Positions 12,300 through 25,054 of a DNA stretch of 64,000 nt are shown here, piece by piece. Below the pieces are notes generated by a model. The model was not told the DNA's origin, made no database searches, and was given only the letters and a program-made list of their open reading frames with translations. Made by a program: the position numbers and the translations under genes. This DNA comes from Mobula hypostoma (lineage: Eukaryota): contig NC_086097.1 of assembly GCF_963921235.1 (NCBI RefSeq), forward strand, positions 75,208,001 to 75,272,000, written 5' to 3'. Within the stretch, counting starts at the first letter, position 1, and every line of letters begins with the position of its first letter.

Positions 12300-12590
12300 T
12301 TTGCAGTAGTAGACAAGGAAAAGCAGCACCAAGTACAAAGTAGCCTCCCATAAACTGGAATGTGCTAATGACGAGGTGACTTGTTTTACCTACGTTATTC
12401 AGGACATAAGAAAATAGTGCCATGGAATCCATGGGAGATTCGGTACAGCCTTGGTCTAACATCTCATCTGAAAGACAGCACAATGCAATGCACCATCAGT
12501 AATGCATAGGAGCATTAGCCTATGGTTGTGTTTGCATTTCTAACATTGTAACATGAACTCTAATCTTTTGACTGGGTGAGAGTAGGACCA
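12300..12590 (-). mobile_element. Old DeuSINE-like (SacSINE1/AmnSINE1-related) remnant
   Basis: TAACATCTCATCTGAAAGACAGCAC...CAGTAATGCATAGGAGCATTAGCCTA resembles the Deu-domain core in antisense. Confidence 0.5.
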
Positions 12591-14677
12591 TTTACACAAA
12601 AATAGACCAAATATACGAGAAATAGGAAAAGCAAAAGATATTTAGAAGGCTGAATCAAACATTAGATGTGACACATAACTATATCCTGTAATGATGTCTA
12701 TCTAGTCTGATGTACATGGCCTCTGGAAAATAGGGGGAAAAAGAACAATACAATAGAATAAATTACACAGTAATGGATAACACAGCGACCTTCAGTGATG
12801 AACCAGAGACAAATGAACTGACAGTGTTTTTTGACCTTTCTCTTTGGACTGCACTAATTCTAGTTAATAATACTTCATACTTGATGGAGAAGTGCTTGTT
12901 TATTTGATAAATGGTTCTGATTAGGTTAACTGAACTATATAAATTTGAGAATTCAAAGCTGATGTAAAGTGCTAAAACGATAATGCATTTATTTTCAGTT
13001 TTTAGATAGCTACTAAACTGAAAGAATTTCTTGAAAGCCTTAAAATAAAGTAAAATATCCATAGGTATTACATTCAATAAACATTGTTAAACACTAACTT
13101 AAGCAAAAATATTCAACATACTACACCAAACTGTAGGATTGTACTATCTATTTTTTGACTTTGTTTACATATATTAAGTTATGTGTAAATTCCAAAAGCG
13201 TTTTCAGTTCAACTGCAGACCAGCAGGAGCACTCCAAATGTCTTGCTACATAAATGTAGTGAACAGTATGCATGTACATTACTCACATGTATTGTATATT
13301 ACCCTTTGCTGACACTTATCCTGATCTAGAATTGATTCTAGGGGGTTTAATTTCTTCCAGATATGCGCTATCAATGCATCGGAATCAAATCCATTTGTGT
13401 GCTGTGTTAATATAGATATATAATCAGAATTACAGCAGCAATTCATATCAATTGTCATGCTGACAGAGTAAACTATAGTGGAAGTCTCACCTGGCTTTCC
13501 CAGCATAGGCAAGAGGAATAGATATGGCACAGTTCCCCTATTACTTTCCGTGGTCAGCTTGAGTATAACTTGTCAGTGGTCACCTTTTAAGAGTTAAACC
13601 ATGGCCCAGGAACCCTAATGTAAATATGAGTACATTAGATAACCATCAAGCGTTCCAGTATAGTTAAAGCACTGGCAAATTATTGACTGTTTCAGTTTTG
13701 GTCTCATCATTGCAAATTTCATAGGTAGCTGTGGTCTAATTCTGGGTCTGTCTTGAAAAGTTCATTGCACATTTTGTCCAACACCTGTCATCATTTGTGG
13801 GGAACAAGTAGGGTTAGTAAATCGTTGGCAATTGTATGTCAAGGATCTAGATTTGGGGTTTAGACAGTGAGCAAGGTAGCTTCCTGAGTGAGGTAGGTGC
13901 ATTGAGGAAGCAGATTTAAGAAAGGATGGTAGACAGGGTGGAATGTTGAGATCAGAGCCACCATCTTGGAGCTGGGTTTTTGGAGATTCATAGACTGGGA
14001 TTTAAGCCTGAGATTTAAGGGGCTCTGAATGAGATTAAGGGTTCTAGGAAAAGGTGTGTTTGAGGTTTCCAAAGGATCAAATGTAATTTAAAAACTTAGC
14101 TTTTGAAAATATCAATTAAAAAGAAGTTCTTTAGAGAGTATCTGGTGATGGTCACCCCTGGACAACTGAGCTTAGTGTCCCACAATTCTCCAAAAGAAGC
14201 ATCGAGCAAAGTCATTGTATTCATATGTTACATGGAATTCACACAGATGTGCAAAGGAGAACCTTCAGGGAAGGTTCCAGTCAAGGTTCTGGAATAACAC
14301 AAAATTTCTTGGAAATGTTTATTATTGAATTTCACTCAGAACAACTTTCAACCACATAATCCCGAAAAAAGAACAGCATCACACAACTGGACTTCTATTG
14401 GATTTGAATTGGAGTTGGTGACAATCTGCATTGAATCAGATTCAGATTTAATGTCATTAGCATATGTCATGAAACTTGGTGTCTTGCCGCTGCAGTACAT
14501 TCTAATGCATAATAATAAAAAAATTAAATTACAATAAGAAATATTTATAAAAAAATGCATTGTGAGAAGTGCAAAAATAGTGGGGCATTGTTCATGGGTT
14601 CATTGTCCATTCAGTAATCTGATAGCAGAGGGGAAAAAGCTGATCCTAAACCTTGCATGTGCAAAATAAACCTTGCT

Positions 14678-14815
14678 ACGAAAACAGAAAATGCTGAAAA
14701 ACTCAGCAGATTAGCCAGTGTCTATGGAAAGAGAAATAGATTCCTGCCGGGTTTTCCCAACAGTTTTTGTCTTTATTTCATACTTCCTGCATCCGCAGTG
14801 TTTTTTTAGATTTTC
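14678..14815. mobile_element. Short inverted PLE-pLTR-derived insert (older family)
   Basis: Head-to-head pLTR halves with a perfect 12-bp TSD ATAAACCTTGCT (14666-14677 and 14816-14827). Confidence 0.7.
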
Positions 14816-16741
14816 ATAAACCTTGCTGAATGATATTAAAATCAAAGAAGGGAACATGTTTCTGGGGCAGGGAAGCTAATATTCCAGAGGTATTTTCTAT
14901 CTGTTGCTGAACAAAACACGTGATGTCAGCATTTCATCAGATTTAAAGCTCAGTGATTTCTGTGGAATTATCGGAAGATGTGTGCACATGTTGAAAGACA
15001 TATTAGCCTGGAGCAACTTAAGACCAGTATCAAATGTGAAGTCAAAAGAAGTCCCACCACCGCCCCCCCCCCAACCCTTAGTTATAATTTTAATTGTTGT
15101 GGATAACTTTGGTCTTCCTATGGCTGTCCTATTCTGGTAACAAACCAGTATTCTGCATTTTGTTACAATGAAAGAATGCAAGCAGTGTCTTGGTTTGTGT
15201 GGAGCTGGGATGATTGGTGGGTCAATATTATTGGTGCCATGCTCCACTAGTTACTTATGAGTATTTATATTCAATCCAGTTGTTGGATAAGATTTTGTGC
15301 AACAGCCTGTCAATTGTAAAGACACTCAGTTCAGTGTCACTTATTCACATTCGATATATTTTGATTAATAAACAATTACTACAAATTTAATGAATGATAG
15401 TTTGCAGCTGATTGTGGGGCATTGTGTATTAAATTTTATTTGTTAATTAGGCAATTGCTCCAATGTTTAATTTGAAATACATTGTTTATGGACTCAGTGG
15501 AAAGCATGTTGTTCATATCAGTATAATTTTAGTCACAGCATTGCATTGTTCGATGTCATAGATGCTTGATAGTTTTATGTATTCATTGCAACATGTTTAT
15601 GAGTTGTAAGTGTACTGAGAAAATTACATTTTTAATAAACAGAATTACTATTATTTTCATATGCCTAAACCTCTTATCACTGCTTCAGGAGCCAATTAAA
15701 TAAAGTGGTTCTGCTTTCCCAGAATGGTATCCAAATACTACTGAATTAAAAAAGACAATGATACTGATTAGACTTTACAGAATTGCAGTTCAAAATACTT
15801 AGGAAGTATAAATGATTGCATGTCATCTTTGAAAATAAAGAAAATAACTTATGCTAGATGGAATGTTTTGATTTTTTCATTAGGTGTGAAAGGATCAGAG
15901 GAATGCACCTGTCTTAATAATCTATTAGTTCCTTTGCATGGTACAGTTTTTTTCTGGTATTTTACAAATTTGAAGGAAATTCAGATGGTCTGAAACCATA
16001 CCTTCTGCAGTTCTGAGGAAAGTATAAGAGTTATTGAGGGTGACTGGAATTTTCTGTTCCTCATGAATTATGTAAAAATTCCACACCACTGGAAATGAAC
16101 TGGGTTTTATATTGCCTTACATTTTTGTACTGTATTTAATTTAACTGTGGAATGATTTTGTTTGAAGTGAAGCAATATGCCTGTAACATTTTTCTTTGGC
16201 TGTATAAAGGCTTTTCTGAACACGATCATATTAACTATGCATAGTTGCAGTCAAATCATTGGAGAAATAGGAAGGATCTGTTGAACTTGACTTGAATGGC
16301 CAGGGATTTGCAGTAAACTCAGATTATGAGGAAAAGGAGACAGTGGACAGAGAACTGAAGGATCCAGGGATTGGTGGAACTAATATAAATGTCAATTTAA
16401 AGCCAAGTGTGTGAAATATGCTGTTTCTACATTGCTTCGGTGTAACTTAGTGTGTGAATGCCGCTAAGGAGTTTGACTCCGAAGAAGAATTCTAAAATGT
16501 AAGAAGAAATTGACTTTCTCAGAATCAGAATCAGGTTGATTATCACTGACATATGGTTTGCTGTGAAATTCATTTTCTTTTAGGCATAGTACAGTGCAAG
16601 GCATAATAAAAATATCCTAAGTTGCAATAAAAATTAAAATAAGTAAATAATGCAAAATAAGAATAGTGAGGTAGTATAATATTTTGTTGGGAAATTTGAG
16701 GATCTCCACAAATCACGATCCGTAGATTGAAATGATCGTAA

Positions 16742-17566
16742 TGTAATGACCTGGTTAAAATCTCTACTGTTATGCTGTAGATTCATTTTAGCAGTTCTGT
16801 AAAAGCAGAGTGTTACTGTTTGGTTTCAGCTAAAAGACAAGAGGCTATGATGTTTGACTTAAGAATGTTGTGTCAGCCAATCAGGATGGTGAAATAGGGA
16901 AAAGGATCTAAAAAGAGTGGGGCAAAGTGAGATTTGTGACAGTGTAGTTTGTGGGTCTTTTTGGCAGGAGCTGGGAGAGGACAGGAGGGAAGATAGCTGA
17001 GGATGCCGTGGGCAGGAGTGTCCCCTTGCACGAAGTGCTTTGTGCAGATGAATGGCTGCAAGGAAGAAGGGCCAAAACTCCCAAGAGAGCAACCATTTTC
17101 TCAAGTTAGTTTTTGAGCAACGTTCAGAAGGTGGCATATGCTTTCATGCAGACCGCGGGTTGAGCATGTGAGTAAAATGACATCTTCAAGATGAGCTCCA
17201 ACTGTATGTGCACAGTTAGACTGGACTAACTGTAATGGGCCCTTTTATTTATTTTTTCTTTTCTTTTTTCTTCTAACTGTTTGCTAAAGCTGAAATTTGC
17301 AAATATACTTTACAATTTTATGTGGTGTATAATCTGTTATTTCTTGCTGACTGATATGTATGGGCAGTATTTACACAGCATTCACTTGAATTGAGCTTTC
17401 TTTAACTGGAACATCATGGTGTTGATGTATGGTTGAACTCCAAATCATATTGACCCTAGACATATATTGTTTATGAGAGGTGGCCTTCTCACTGTAGAGT
17501 CTTCTGGCTGTTAACAGAGCCAGCTAATTAGCCAAGTTTGCACATGAGCCCACTGAAGGGCTTACA
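16742..17566 (+). repeat. 5' LTR
   Basis: TGTAATGACCTGG...GGGCTTACA; colinear with 21283-22095. Confidence 0.9.
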
Positions 17567-17570
17567 TTTG

Positions 17571-17588
17571 TAGGGGCTCATCTGGGAT
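17571..17588 (+). promoter_or_regulatory. Primer-binding site complementary to tRNA-Pro (decayed)
   Basis: TAGGGGCTCATCTGGGAT versus canonical PBS-Pro TGGGGGCTCGTCCGGGAT: three transitions, two at CpG sites. Confidence 0.75.
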
Positions 17589-17689
17589 TTGCTAACTGCT
17601 GTGTAATTGCTGTTAAGAATTGATTAAGTAGTTTGTGTGCTTATACCTGTATTTAAACTAGTGTTGAGGAAAGTGACTAAGGTACTTTA

Positions 17690-19045
17690 CCACAGGGATT
17701 AAGGTTTGATGTGATTCATAGAGATTATCCAGAAATAGTGCTTGTGTTTTAAGCAGGATGGATGTCTGAATTCCCAATGACCTGTTATTCAGAGTCCTAA
17801 GTTCTGTAAATTTTGGGGGAAAGTTAAAAAGATTGAACAGCATTTTGACCAATCAGCTGGTAAGGATGTTGTGTTAGTCCAGAGTAGCAGTGACATGACT
17901 GAAGTCGCATTGCCTGATAGGTTGGGAGACTTTGGAGAGGTGGGGGCATGGGCAGTCCATATTTTTAGAGAAGGGGAGCATGTAGCTGAGGGTGAAGACT
18001 TTAAAGACAACTTGTTCTTGTTTCTGTGAAGTGAGGGAAGAGAAGTGTCTGATGTGAAAGGTCTAATGATTCCTCCAGCAGTTGATTTAAATTCTGACCT
18101 GTTTTTGGCTATTACATCACAGGTTGATAAATGCAGAAGCATACCTGCAGAGAACCGGTTTTTGTAAGCTGGGAGTGTTCTCTGGAGTCCAGCCCATATC
18201 TGACAGGGAAGAAGGAGATGAGGCTTGGGCAGAGCTGACACCTCAGTTGCTGGTTGAGTGGCAGGGCTCAGATAATGTGAAAAAACAGAGGCTGGTAGGG
18301 AGCTTAAAGGGTCCATTGGCTGATATAGTGAGGTTCCTAAAGGCAGAAAAATGCATTGGCCATGTCAGCTAATTACCAGCAAGCTCTGGAAGATGCTTCT
18401 GGCACTGCTGAAAGTACAGCCAGTCTGTTGATGAAGTTTGGGCACCTGTTCCAGGAGGAAGGAGAGAACCTGTCTGTCTACATTTGCAGGTTGGAGAAAC
18501 TGCTGCATTTGCTTGTGCCACAAAGGGGGCATTCAACTGTCTGAGAGAAATTGTTTGAGGATGGAGCAAGTTGTGAATGGTGTGCTGTCACATTACACGA
18601 TTTATCTACGTATTCGAATGACCCACAAGATGTGCACTCCTCCATCATTTACCGAGTTACTCAGAGAAGTTAGAGAGGAGGAAAACATGATTGAGAAGCG
18701 GGACATTTCCAAAAGCCAAGTAGTGTCTTTACTGGTAGCCTCTGTTGCTAAAGTGACCCCTGATGCCACGTTGATAGACCTTCTGAGGAATGAGGTGGAA
18801 AACCTTCAAGCTGAGCCGATTTGATGGATGGCTGTTAACGTTTCAGCTAAACATGATACGTCCGTTGGGAAACCCAACCCACCTGTAGGGCTTACAACAC
18901 AGTGGACTGCTGCTGAAAAGGGTTTCTTGACTAGAGGTGGTGGGTGTTTTCTGTTACAACTGTGGAGAAGTTGAACGTTTCAAGTGAGACTGTGATGGGC
19001 AGGAAAATCTTCGAAGAGTAAGTCAGTGGTTGATCAAACAGTGAA
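17690..19045 (+). pseudogene. PNMA/Ma-like gag (N-terminal domain, capsid, CCHC knuckle), disrupted
   Basis: ALPDRLGDFGEVGAWAVHIF; EEGDEAWAELTPQLLVEWQGSDNVKKQRLVGSLKGPLADIVRFLK; QEEGENLSVYICRLEKLL; knuckle FCYNCGEVERFK*DC at about 18950-18995. Multiple stops and frameshifts. Confidence 0.8.
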
Positions 19046-19079
19046 GAAAAGGGACACAACTGCGGGGGAACCCAGTAAA

Positions 19080-20930
19080 GGAACAGGCTGGCATCTCAGA
19101 GAGGATACATTCCAATCAGTATATCAAGGGAAATGCTAAAGTGTGGAACACTATTCCTGAAGGTTTAGTAGGACCAAACTCTGATGTATCCGTACGGATT
19201 GAAGGTATTTTTGCTGGAGCCCCAATTGACACTGGTTCTCAAGTTACTTTACTCTATAGATCCTTTTACAACCAGTATTTGATGCATTTACCATTGACGC
19301 CACTCAATGCCCTTGAGATCTGGGGCCTTAGTACTGACGAATCCCTGCATGATGGTTACTTGCTGTTGAAACTGGATTTTTCAGAATCAGATTTTGGAGT
19401 AACTGAGACTGTTGACACACCAGTGCTGGCCTGGTTGAAAAGGATGCAGCTTCCATTCTTGTTGGTACAAATGCTTCCAATGTGAGAAGCCTCGAGGGGG
19501 CCTGCAAGGAGAGAAATAGAGAGAACATTTTGAAAACTTGTCCATTCACCAGGTGTTGAGAGCTGCTTTTAGAAACATAGAAACATAGAAAACATACAGC
19601 ACAATACAGGCCCTTCGGCCCACAAAGCTGTGCCGAACATGTCTCTACCTTAGAACTACCTAGGCTTTACCCATAGCCCTCTATTTTTCTAAGCTCCATG
19701 TACTATCCAGGAGTCTCTTAAAAGACCCTAATGTTTCCGCCTCCGCCAGTGCCAGTGCATTCCACACACTCACCACTCTCTGTGTAAAAAACTTACCCCT
19801 GACATCTCCTCTGTACCTACTTCCAAGCACCTTAAAACTATGCCCTCTTGTGCTAGCCATTTCAGCCCTGGGGAAAAGCCTCTGACTGAATATCCACACA
19901 ATCAATGCGTCTTATTATCTTGCACACCTCTATCAAGTCACCTCTCATCCTGGGTTCCTCCAAGGAGAAAAAGCTGAGTTCACTCAACCTATTCTCATAA
20001 GGCATGCCCCCCAATCCAGGCAACATCCTTGTAAATCTCCTCTGCACCCTTTCTATGGCTTCCACGTCCTTCCTATAGTGAGGCAACTAGAACTGAGCAC
20101 AGTACTCCAAGTGGGGTCTGACCAGGGTCCTATATAGCTGGAGCATTACCTCTCGGCTCCTAAACTCAATCCCATGATTGATGAAGGCCAGTGCACCGTA
20201 TGCCTTCTTAACCACAGAGTCAACCTGTGTAGCAGCTTTGAGTGTCCTATGGACTCGGACCCCAAGATCCCTCTGATCCTCCACACTGCCAAGAGTCTTA
20301 CCATTAATGCTATATTTTGAGAAGGTGCAAGTGCCTCCTAAGGAGGATGCTGAGCAGAAACAATGGACTGTGTCTTATACACAATCTAGACCTGTCATGT
20401 TACATCCTGGAGGAGTAGCTAGAGTGATGGGAACCCCCAAATTTGCTGGAATGCCCCATGCCCCAGCCAGCTATGTGAAGAGTCATGCTTACATGCAGGA
20501 GTACCTGAATTGTAGATATGTTTAGCTGCACACGCAAACAAGATGACAGTGATTAGCAGGAACACCTCAGCAAGAGATGTTACCCTCAGACATGGGGTGT
20601 CGATTGCCCCTTTTCTTCTCATGGCGGTAGTGTCCAGTTTTCCAGGAGAAACGGAAGAGAAACAGTCTCCTGGATTGAGGAAGCAGACTTTAAAATCGTG
20701 CAACTTGGGTGACTCACCAATGCTCAAGAAATGGAAAAGGAGATTAATTGAGAAAATGTTGGAATGCGAAGATGCCTCTTCTACTGATGAGTCTGATGTT
20801 GGTTGCTCCAAAAGTATTTGCCACCTTATTAGAGCGACCGAGGACACCCCTTTCTGAGAGAGGTCTTGCCAGTTAGCACCAGCGGAGGTTGAAGATATTC
20901 AGCAGCGTCTGGTTAAACTGAAGGAAGCTA
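19080..20930 (+). pseudogene. Gypsy protease and pre-RT region, split by CR1
   Basis: IPEGLVGPNSDVSVRIEGIFAGAPIDTGSQVTLL (DTG aspartic protease). After the CR1 it resumes and ends at TPF*ERSCQLAPAEVEDIQQRLVKLKEA (RT N-terminus), then jumps to 3' sequence. Confidence 0.8.
19571..20315 (-). mobile_element. CR1 LINE 3' fragment
   Basis: EDQRDLGVRVHRTLK...LQLYRTLVRPHLEYCAQF and YRKDVEAIERVQRRFTRMLPGL; (CTATGTTT)n tail seen as AGAAACATAG repeats at 19571-19597. Confidence 0.9.
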
Positions 20931-21282
20931 TGTTCAGTCACGGAGTGGGGGACCCAAGCCACCGAAAGGTCCGAGTGATAGAGAGGGGGAGGCATCCTCT
21001 GGTAGACAAGAAGGGTCACAAGGAGTGGTTGAATCTGGAGAAGCTGAAGATGAATTAAGGAGGTGTCAGAGAGTTAGGAAATTCCTAGCCAGGCTGGCAG
21101 AGGATGCACCTCGGAAACAGAGTGTTACATTATGTCTAGTCCCATGGTGGGCTATGCTACTTCCTTTTACATATTGATTGGGGTGTCCTGAAATCATCAA
21201 ATTCATTTGAATACTGTGTTATTAATGATAGTTTAATAAGTTCCAAAATCATGAGGACATGACTGTTTTTGGTGGGGGAGAG

Positions 21283-22095
21283 TGTAATGCCCTGGTTAAG
21301 ATTTGTACTGTTATGCTGTAGATATTTCATTTTAGTAATTCTGTAAAAGCAGTGTGGTCTCCTGGTGGGTTCGACTAAAAGATACGGGTCTATGATGTTC
21401 AACTTAGGAATGTCGTGTCAGCCAATCAGGATGGTGAAACTGGGAGAAGGTTCTAGAGAGAACTGGGTGGAGTGAGATTTGTATTGTGGGTCGTTTTGCC
21501 GGGAGCTGGGAGAGCACAGAAGGGAAGGTGGCAGATGGAAGGAGTGCCCCCCTTGAACAAAGTGTTTTGTGCAGATGAATGGCTCTAAGAAGGAAGGGTA
21601 AATGCCACTGAGAGATCACCCATTTATTCAAGATGGATTTCGAGCAATGTTCAGAGGTGGTGTGTGCTTTCACGCAGATAATGGGTCCGGCGCGTGAGTA
21701 AAACAACAACTTCAAGATGACCCCCAGTCTATGTGCGCACTTGGACTGTGTTAACTGTCATGAGCCCTTTTATTTTTTTACTTTTCCTTTTTCTATTAAC
21801 TGTTCGATAAAGCTGAAATTTGTAAATATACTTTTATTATAATTTTATGTGGTGTATGATCTGTTATTTCTTGCTGACCAATAACTGTGTATAGGCAGTA
21901 TTTGCATGCATTCACTGAATCGAGGTTTCTTTAATTGGAACCTCATGGTGTTCCTGTTTGGTTGAACCCCAAATCATACCAACCCTAGACATATATTGTT
22001 TATGAGAGGTGGCCCTTTTATTGTGGAGACACATGGCTGTTAGCAGAGCTGGCTAATGAGGCAAGTTTGCATATGAGCCTGGTGAGGGGGTTCCA
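21283..22095 (+). repeat. 3' LTR
   Basis: TGTAATGCCCTGG...GGGGTTCCA following the PPT. Confidence 0.9.
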
Positions 22096-22351
22096 CTAAT
22101 ATCCAGCTGATTATCTTAAACATTGGATACTTAGAACAGTGACATCAGTGGGGTGGGCAGTGTTTGTTCAAAGTAAGTGTATTATCAAAGTATGTATGTA
22201 AGTATCCTATAGTACGCTGAAATTCATTTTCTTGCAGGCATTCTCAGTGGAACAAAGAAATACAATAGAAACAAGGAAAATGAGACACAAAGACTGACAA
22301 GCAGCTAATATATAAAAGAAGACAAGCTGTGCAAACACAAAAAATACACAA

Positions 22352-23860
22352 TAATAAGTACCTGGGATATCAACAAGTAAAGAAAATAAATCATAGTGTG
22401 ATAAAGGAAAAACTTCCGACAGAATTTACTTCAAGGCTTAAGAAAATCTGCCAAACAGAGCTCAACGGTAAAATTATAACAAAGGTAATAACATCACAAA
22501 CAAGGGAAAACCTGCAGATGCTGGAAATCCGAGCAATACACACAAGATGCTGGTGGAACTCAGCAGGCCAGGAAGCATCGATGGAAAACGTACGGTCAAC
22601 ATTTTGGGCCAGATGCTACCTGACCTGCTGAGTTCCTCCAGCATTTTGTGTGTGCAACAAAGGTAATAAACAGTTTCACTATACCTATATTAATATATTC
22701 CTTTTGCATTATATCATGGCCCAAAACCAATCTGGAAAAATTACAATGAAAAATAAGAAATGAAATGACAATTTTCATAAAACATTACATACACTAAAAC
22801 ACACTTAGATTGACACTACATTGGACAGAAGGGGAAGAGGAATAACAGTCATTAACTATCTACACAACAGTCAGATAAAATTTCTCAGGATATATTTTCA
22901 TCAACAAACACAGGATTCAGCACTCCACACGAGCATATTCAATTCTGATAGTAAGTACACATCACTAAACTTAAATGAGAGCACAACCTCCCATAAATTA
23001 AAAAATTATCACTATTGAAGAAAAAGTTAACCAATGGAAGAGCATGACTCTCCATGGAAGACATCCCCATGATCTGAACAGACAAGAAGTTGACAAGCAA
23101 GTGTTGAATGCCTGGCTCAGAGTTGGAGACCTCTTCCCAGAAACAGACGTATTCCTTGTGACAATACAGGACCAGGTGATTAACTCAAAAGATTATCAAA
23201 AATACATTATAAAAGACCAATAAATTCAAGAGGATAAATGTAGAAAATACCAAGAGAAACCAGAAACTCTCTAACATATTATAGGATCCTGCAGCAGTTT
23301 AACTCAAGCAGTTTACTTAAACATACACAATCAAGTGGCAAACATCATTCACCAAAATCTCGCTTTACAATACAAAAATTCATAAAAGAAACCATACTCT
23401 ACTATAAATACAAGCCTGAGCCAGTTTTGGAGTCAGAATCCCACAAGTTATATTACGATCAATCTGCTATTACAGATAGGACAATCCATAATAGCTGTCC
23501 GGACATAATAAATGCAGGATAAACAAGTAAGAACAACTTTCTAAACACACATAACATACAGAAATCAATAAGTGAAAAGCACCTAAAATATGCTGAATTA
23601 AAAGAGGAAATTCAAAGACTTTGGAAGATGAACAGGGTATACATTGTCCCGATAGTAATATCTACAACTGGTATCATCCCAGCGGCCCAACACAATAGCA
23701 TTAAACAATTATGGCTATACATCAATATTGATGTAAATCTTCAGAAAGCTATAGTACTAAACATCACTAGAATAGTCCAGAAGTTCCTAGCAATTGAGAA
23801 ATGAGCATGCTTGGTTATGCCTGTACCTCAGGTTTTACCATCTTGAGCAGAGAAAAATAA
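22352..23860 (+). mobile_element. R4/Dong-clade non-LTR retrotransposon (RLE endonuclease), 5'-truncated
   Basis: KYLGYQQ...RLKKICQTELNG; NAWLRVGDLFPETDVFLVTIQDQVI; knuckle DKCRKYQEKPETL*HIIGSC...HNQVA; RLE ITDRTIHNSCPDII...KYAELKEEIQRLWKMNRVYIVPIVISTTGIIP; ends in a TAA/TAAA tract. Confidence 0.85.
22492..22655. mobile_element. Short inverted PLE-pLTR insert within R4
   Basis: Perfect 14-bp TSD AACAAAGGTAATAA (22478-22491 and 22656-22669); two pLTR halves in opposite orientation. Confidence 0.85.
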
Positions 23861-25054
23861 ATAAATAATAGTAAATAAATAAAACTGAGAACATGAGTTG
23901 TAGAGTCCTTGGATGTGAGTCCATAGGTTGTGTTTGGTGACCAGTTCAGTGTCGAGGTAAGTGAAGTTATTCAGACTGGTTGAGGAGCAAGGTGCTTGAA
24001 GGGTAATAACTGCTCCTGGACCTGGTGGTGTGAGATCTAGGCTCCTGTACTTTCTTCCTGATAGTACCAGTGGGAAGACAATATGGCCTGGATTGTGGGA
24101 GGCCTTGATGACTGATGCTGCAGTTTTGTGGCAGTGCTACTTGCAGGTATGCTCAGTAGTAGAGAGAGTTTTCCTGTGATGGACCGGGCCGTTCCTATGA
24201 CATTTAGTAGACTTTTCCATTTCTTGAAGGAAATAGGATTAATGGTGACAGTATCAGTGGAGAAAAGGTAAAAACTCCACCCTTCATCATTACAAGGCCC
24301 TACCAATAGTAACAGGCAGGTACAGTTGGAGCATGAGGGTAGTGAGGTGGAATTCCAACACAAGGAGGTGGCAGAGGGAATCTCCTTTCATAGCTAAACT
24401 GGGGTGACAGCGTCCCTGAGATTAAGTCAGATTAGTTGATGGCAGAGATGTGATTTGGTGGAACATAATCACAATATCAGGCTAATGAGTTTTACATTTC
24501 TGTCAGCTCTATGGCTTCTCTGCGATTATTGCTGTAGGTAAACAAATGTCTCATTATAAAGGAACTGGGGGTTAGAATCGGGAGTAGGGCTGAGTGATGA
24601 AGGATGAAAGGAATATACCTCAATGATTTGGTGTCTCTGTGTGATCCGAGGGTGGTCTCCTCATTTTTGCATCCAATCTACCACTGTGTACACTTGAAGT
24701 CTATCCAGGGCCCTCTATGACAGAGACCTGTGGAGGAACAAGGATTCACTACGATTGCTGTTGAGTTTTCTGTCTCTCTGCATACTTGAAATGGGATAAT
24801 CTGTCTGCCATCAAAGTCAAGTTCCCTTTGGAATTTGAGTTGCAATGTGGGCTATCTGTAATCAGAGGCAAGGGATTCAGTTTACTATCACTGTTTGGGT
24901 GGTGGTAGCTGGCCATTCATTGCTTTGCTTGTGATTGGGTCTAATTGGAGGTGTGGGGATTTCAAAAACCATCCTGCTGCCAGATATGATCAACTATCAT
25001 TGGGTAAATATACAGAGTAACTCATTTGATAATCCATTATTACAGAATATGACA

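Larger units (their letters stand above)
16742..22095 (+). mobile_element. Ty3/Gypsy LTR retrotransposon with PNMA-like gag; internally deleted (no RT core, RNase H or integrase); contains a CR1 insertion
   Basis: Two homologous LTRs, PBS, gag, protease and PPT GGTGGGGGAGAG (21271-21282). Flanks GTAA and CTAA form an imperfect 4-bp TSD. Confidence 0.9.
22166..24225 (-). mobile_element. Rex1/Babar LINE 3' fragment, interrupted by the R4 element
   Basis: Antisense tail at about 22166-22350 continues at about 23875. Minus-strand coding KKWKSLLNVIGTARSITGKLSLL at about 24000-24225. Confidence 0.65.

Noticed and set aside
13491..13614. Minus-strand AG...GTGAG-bounded segment
   Set aside because: Stops in all three frames; splice-like sites are expected by chance.
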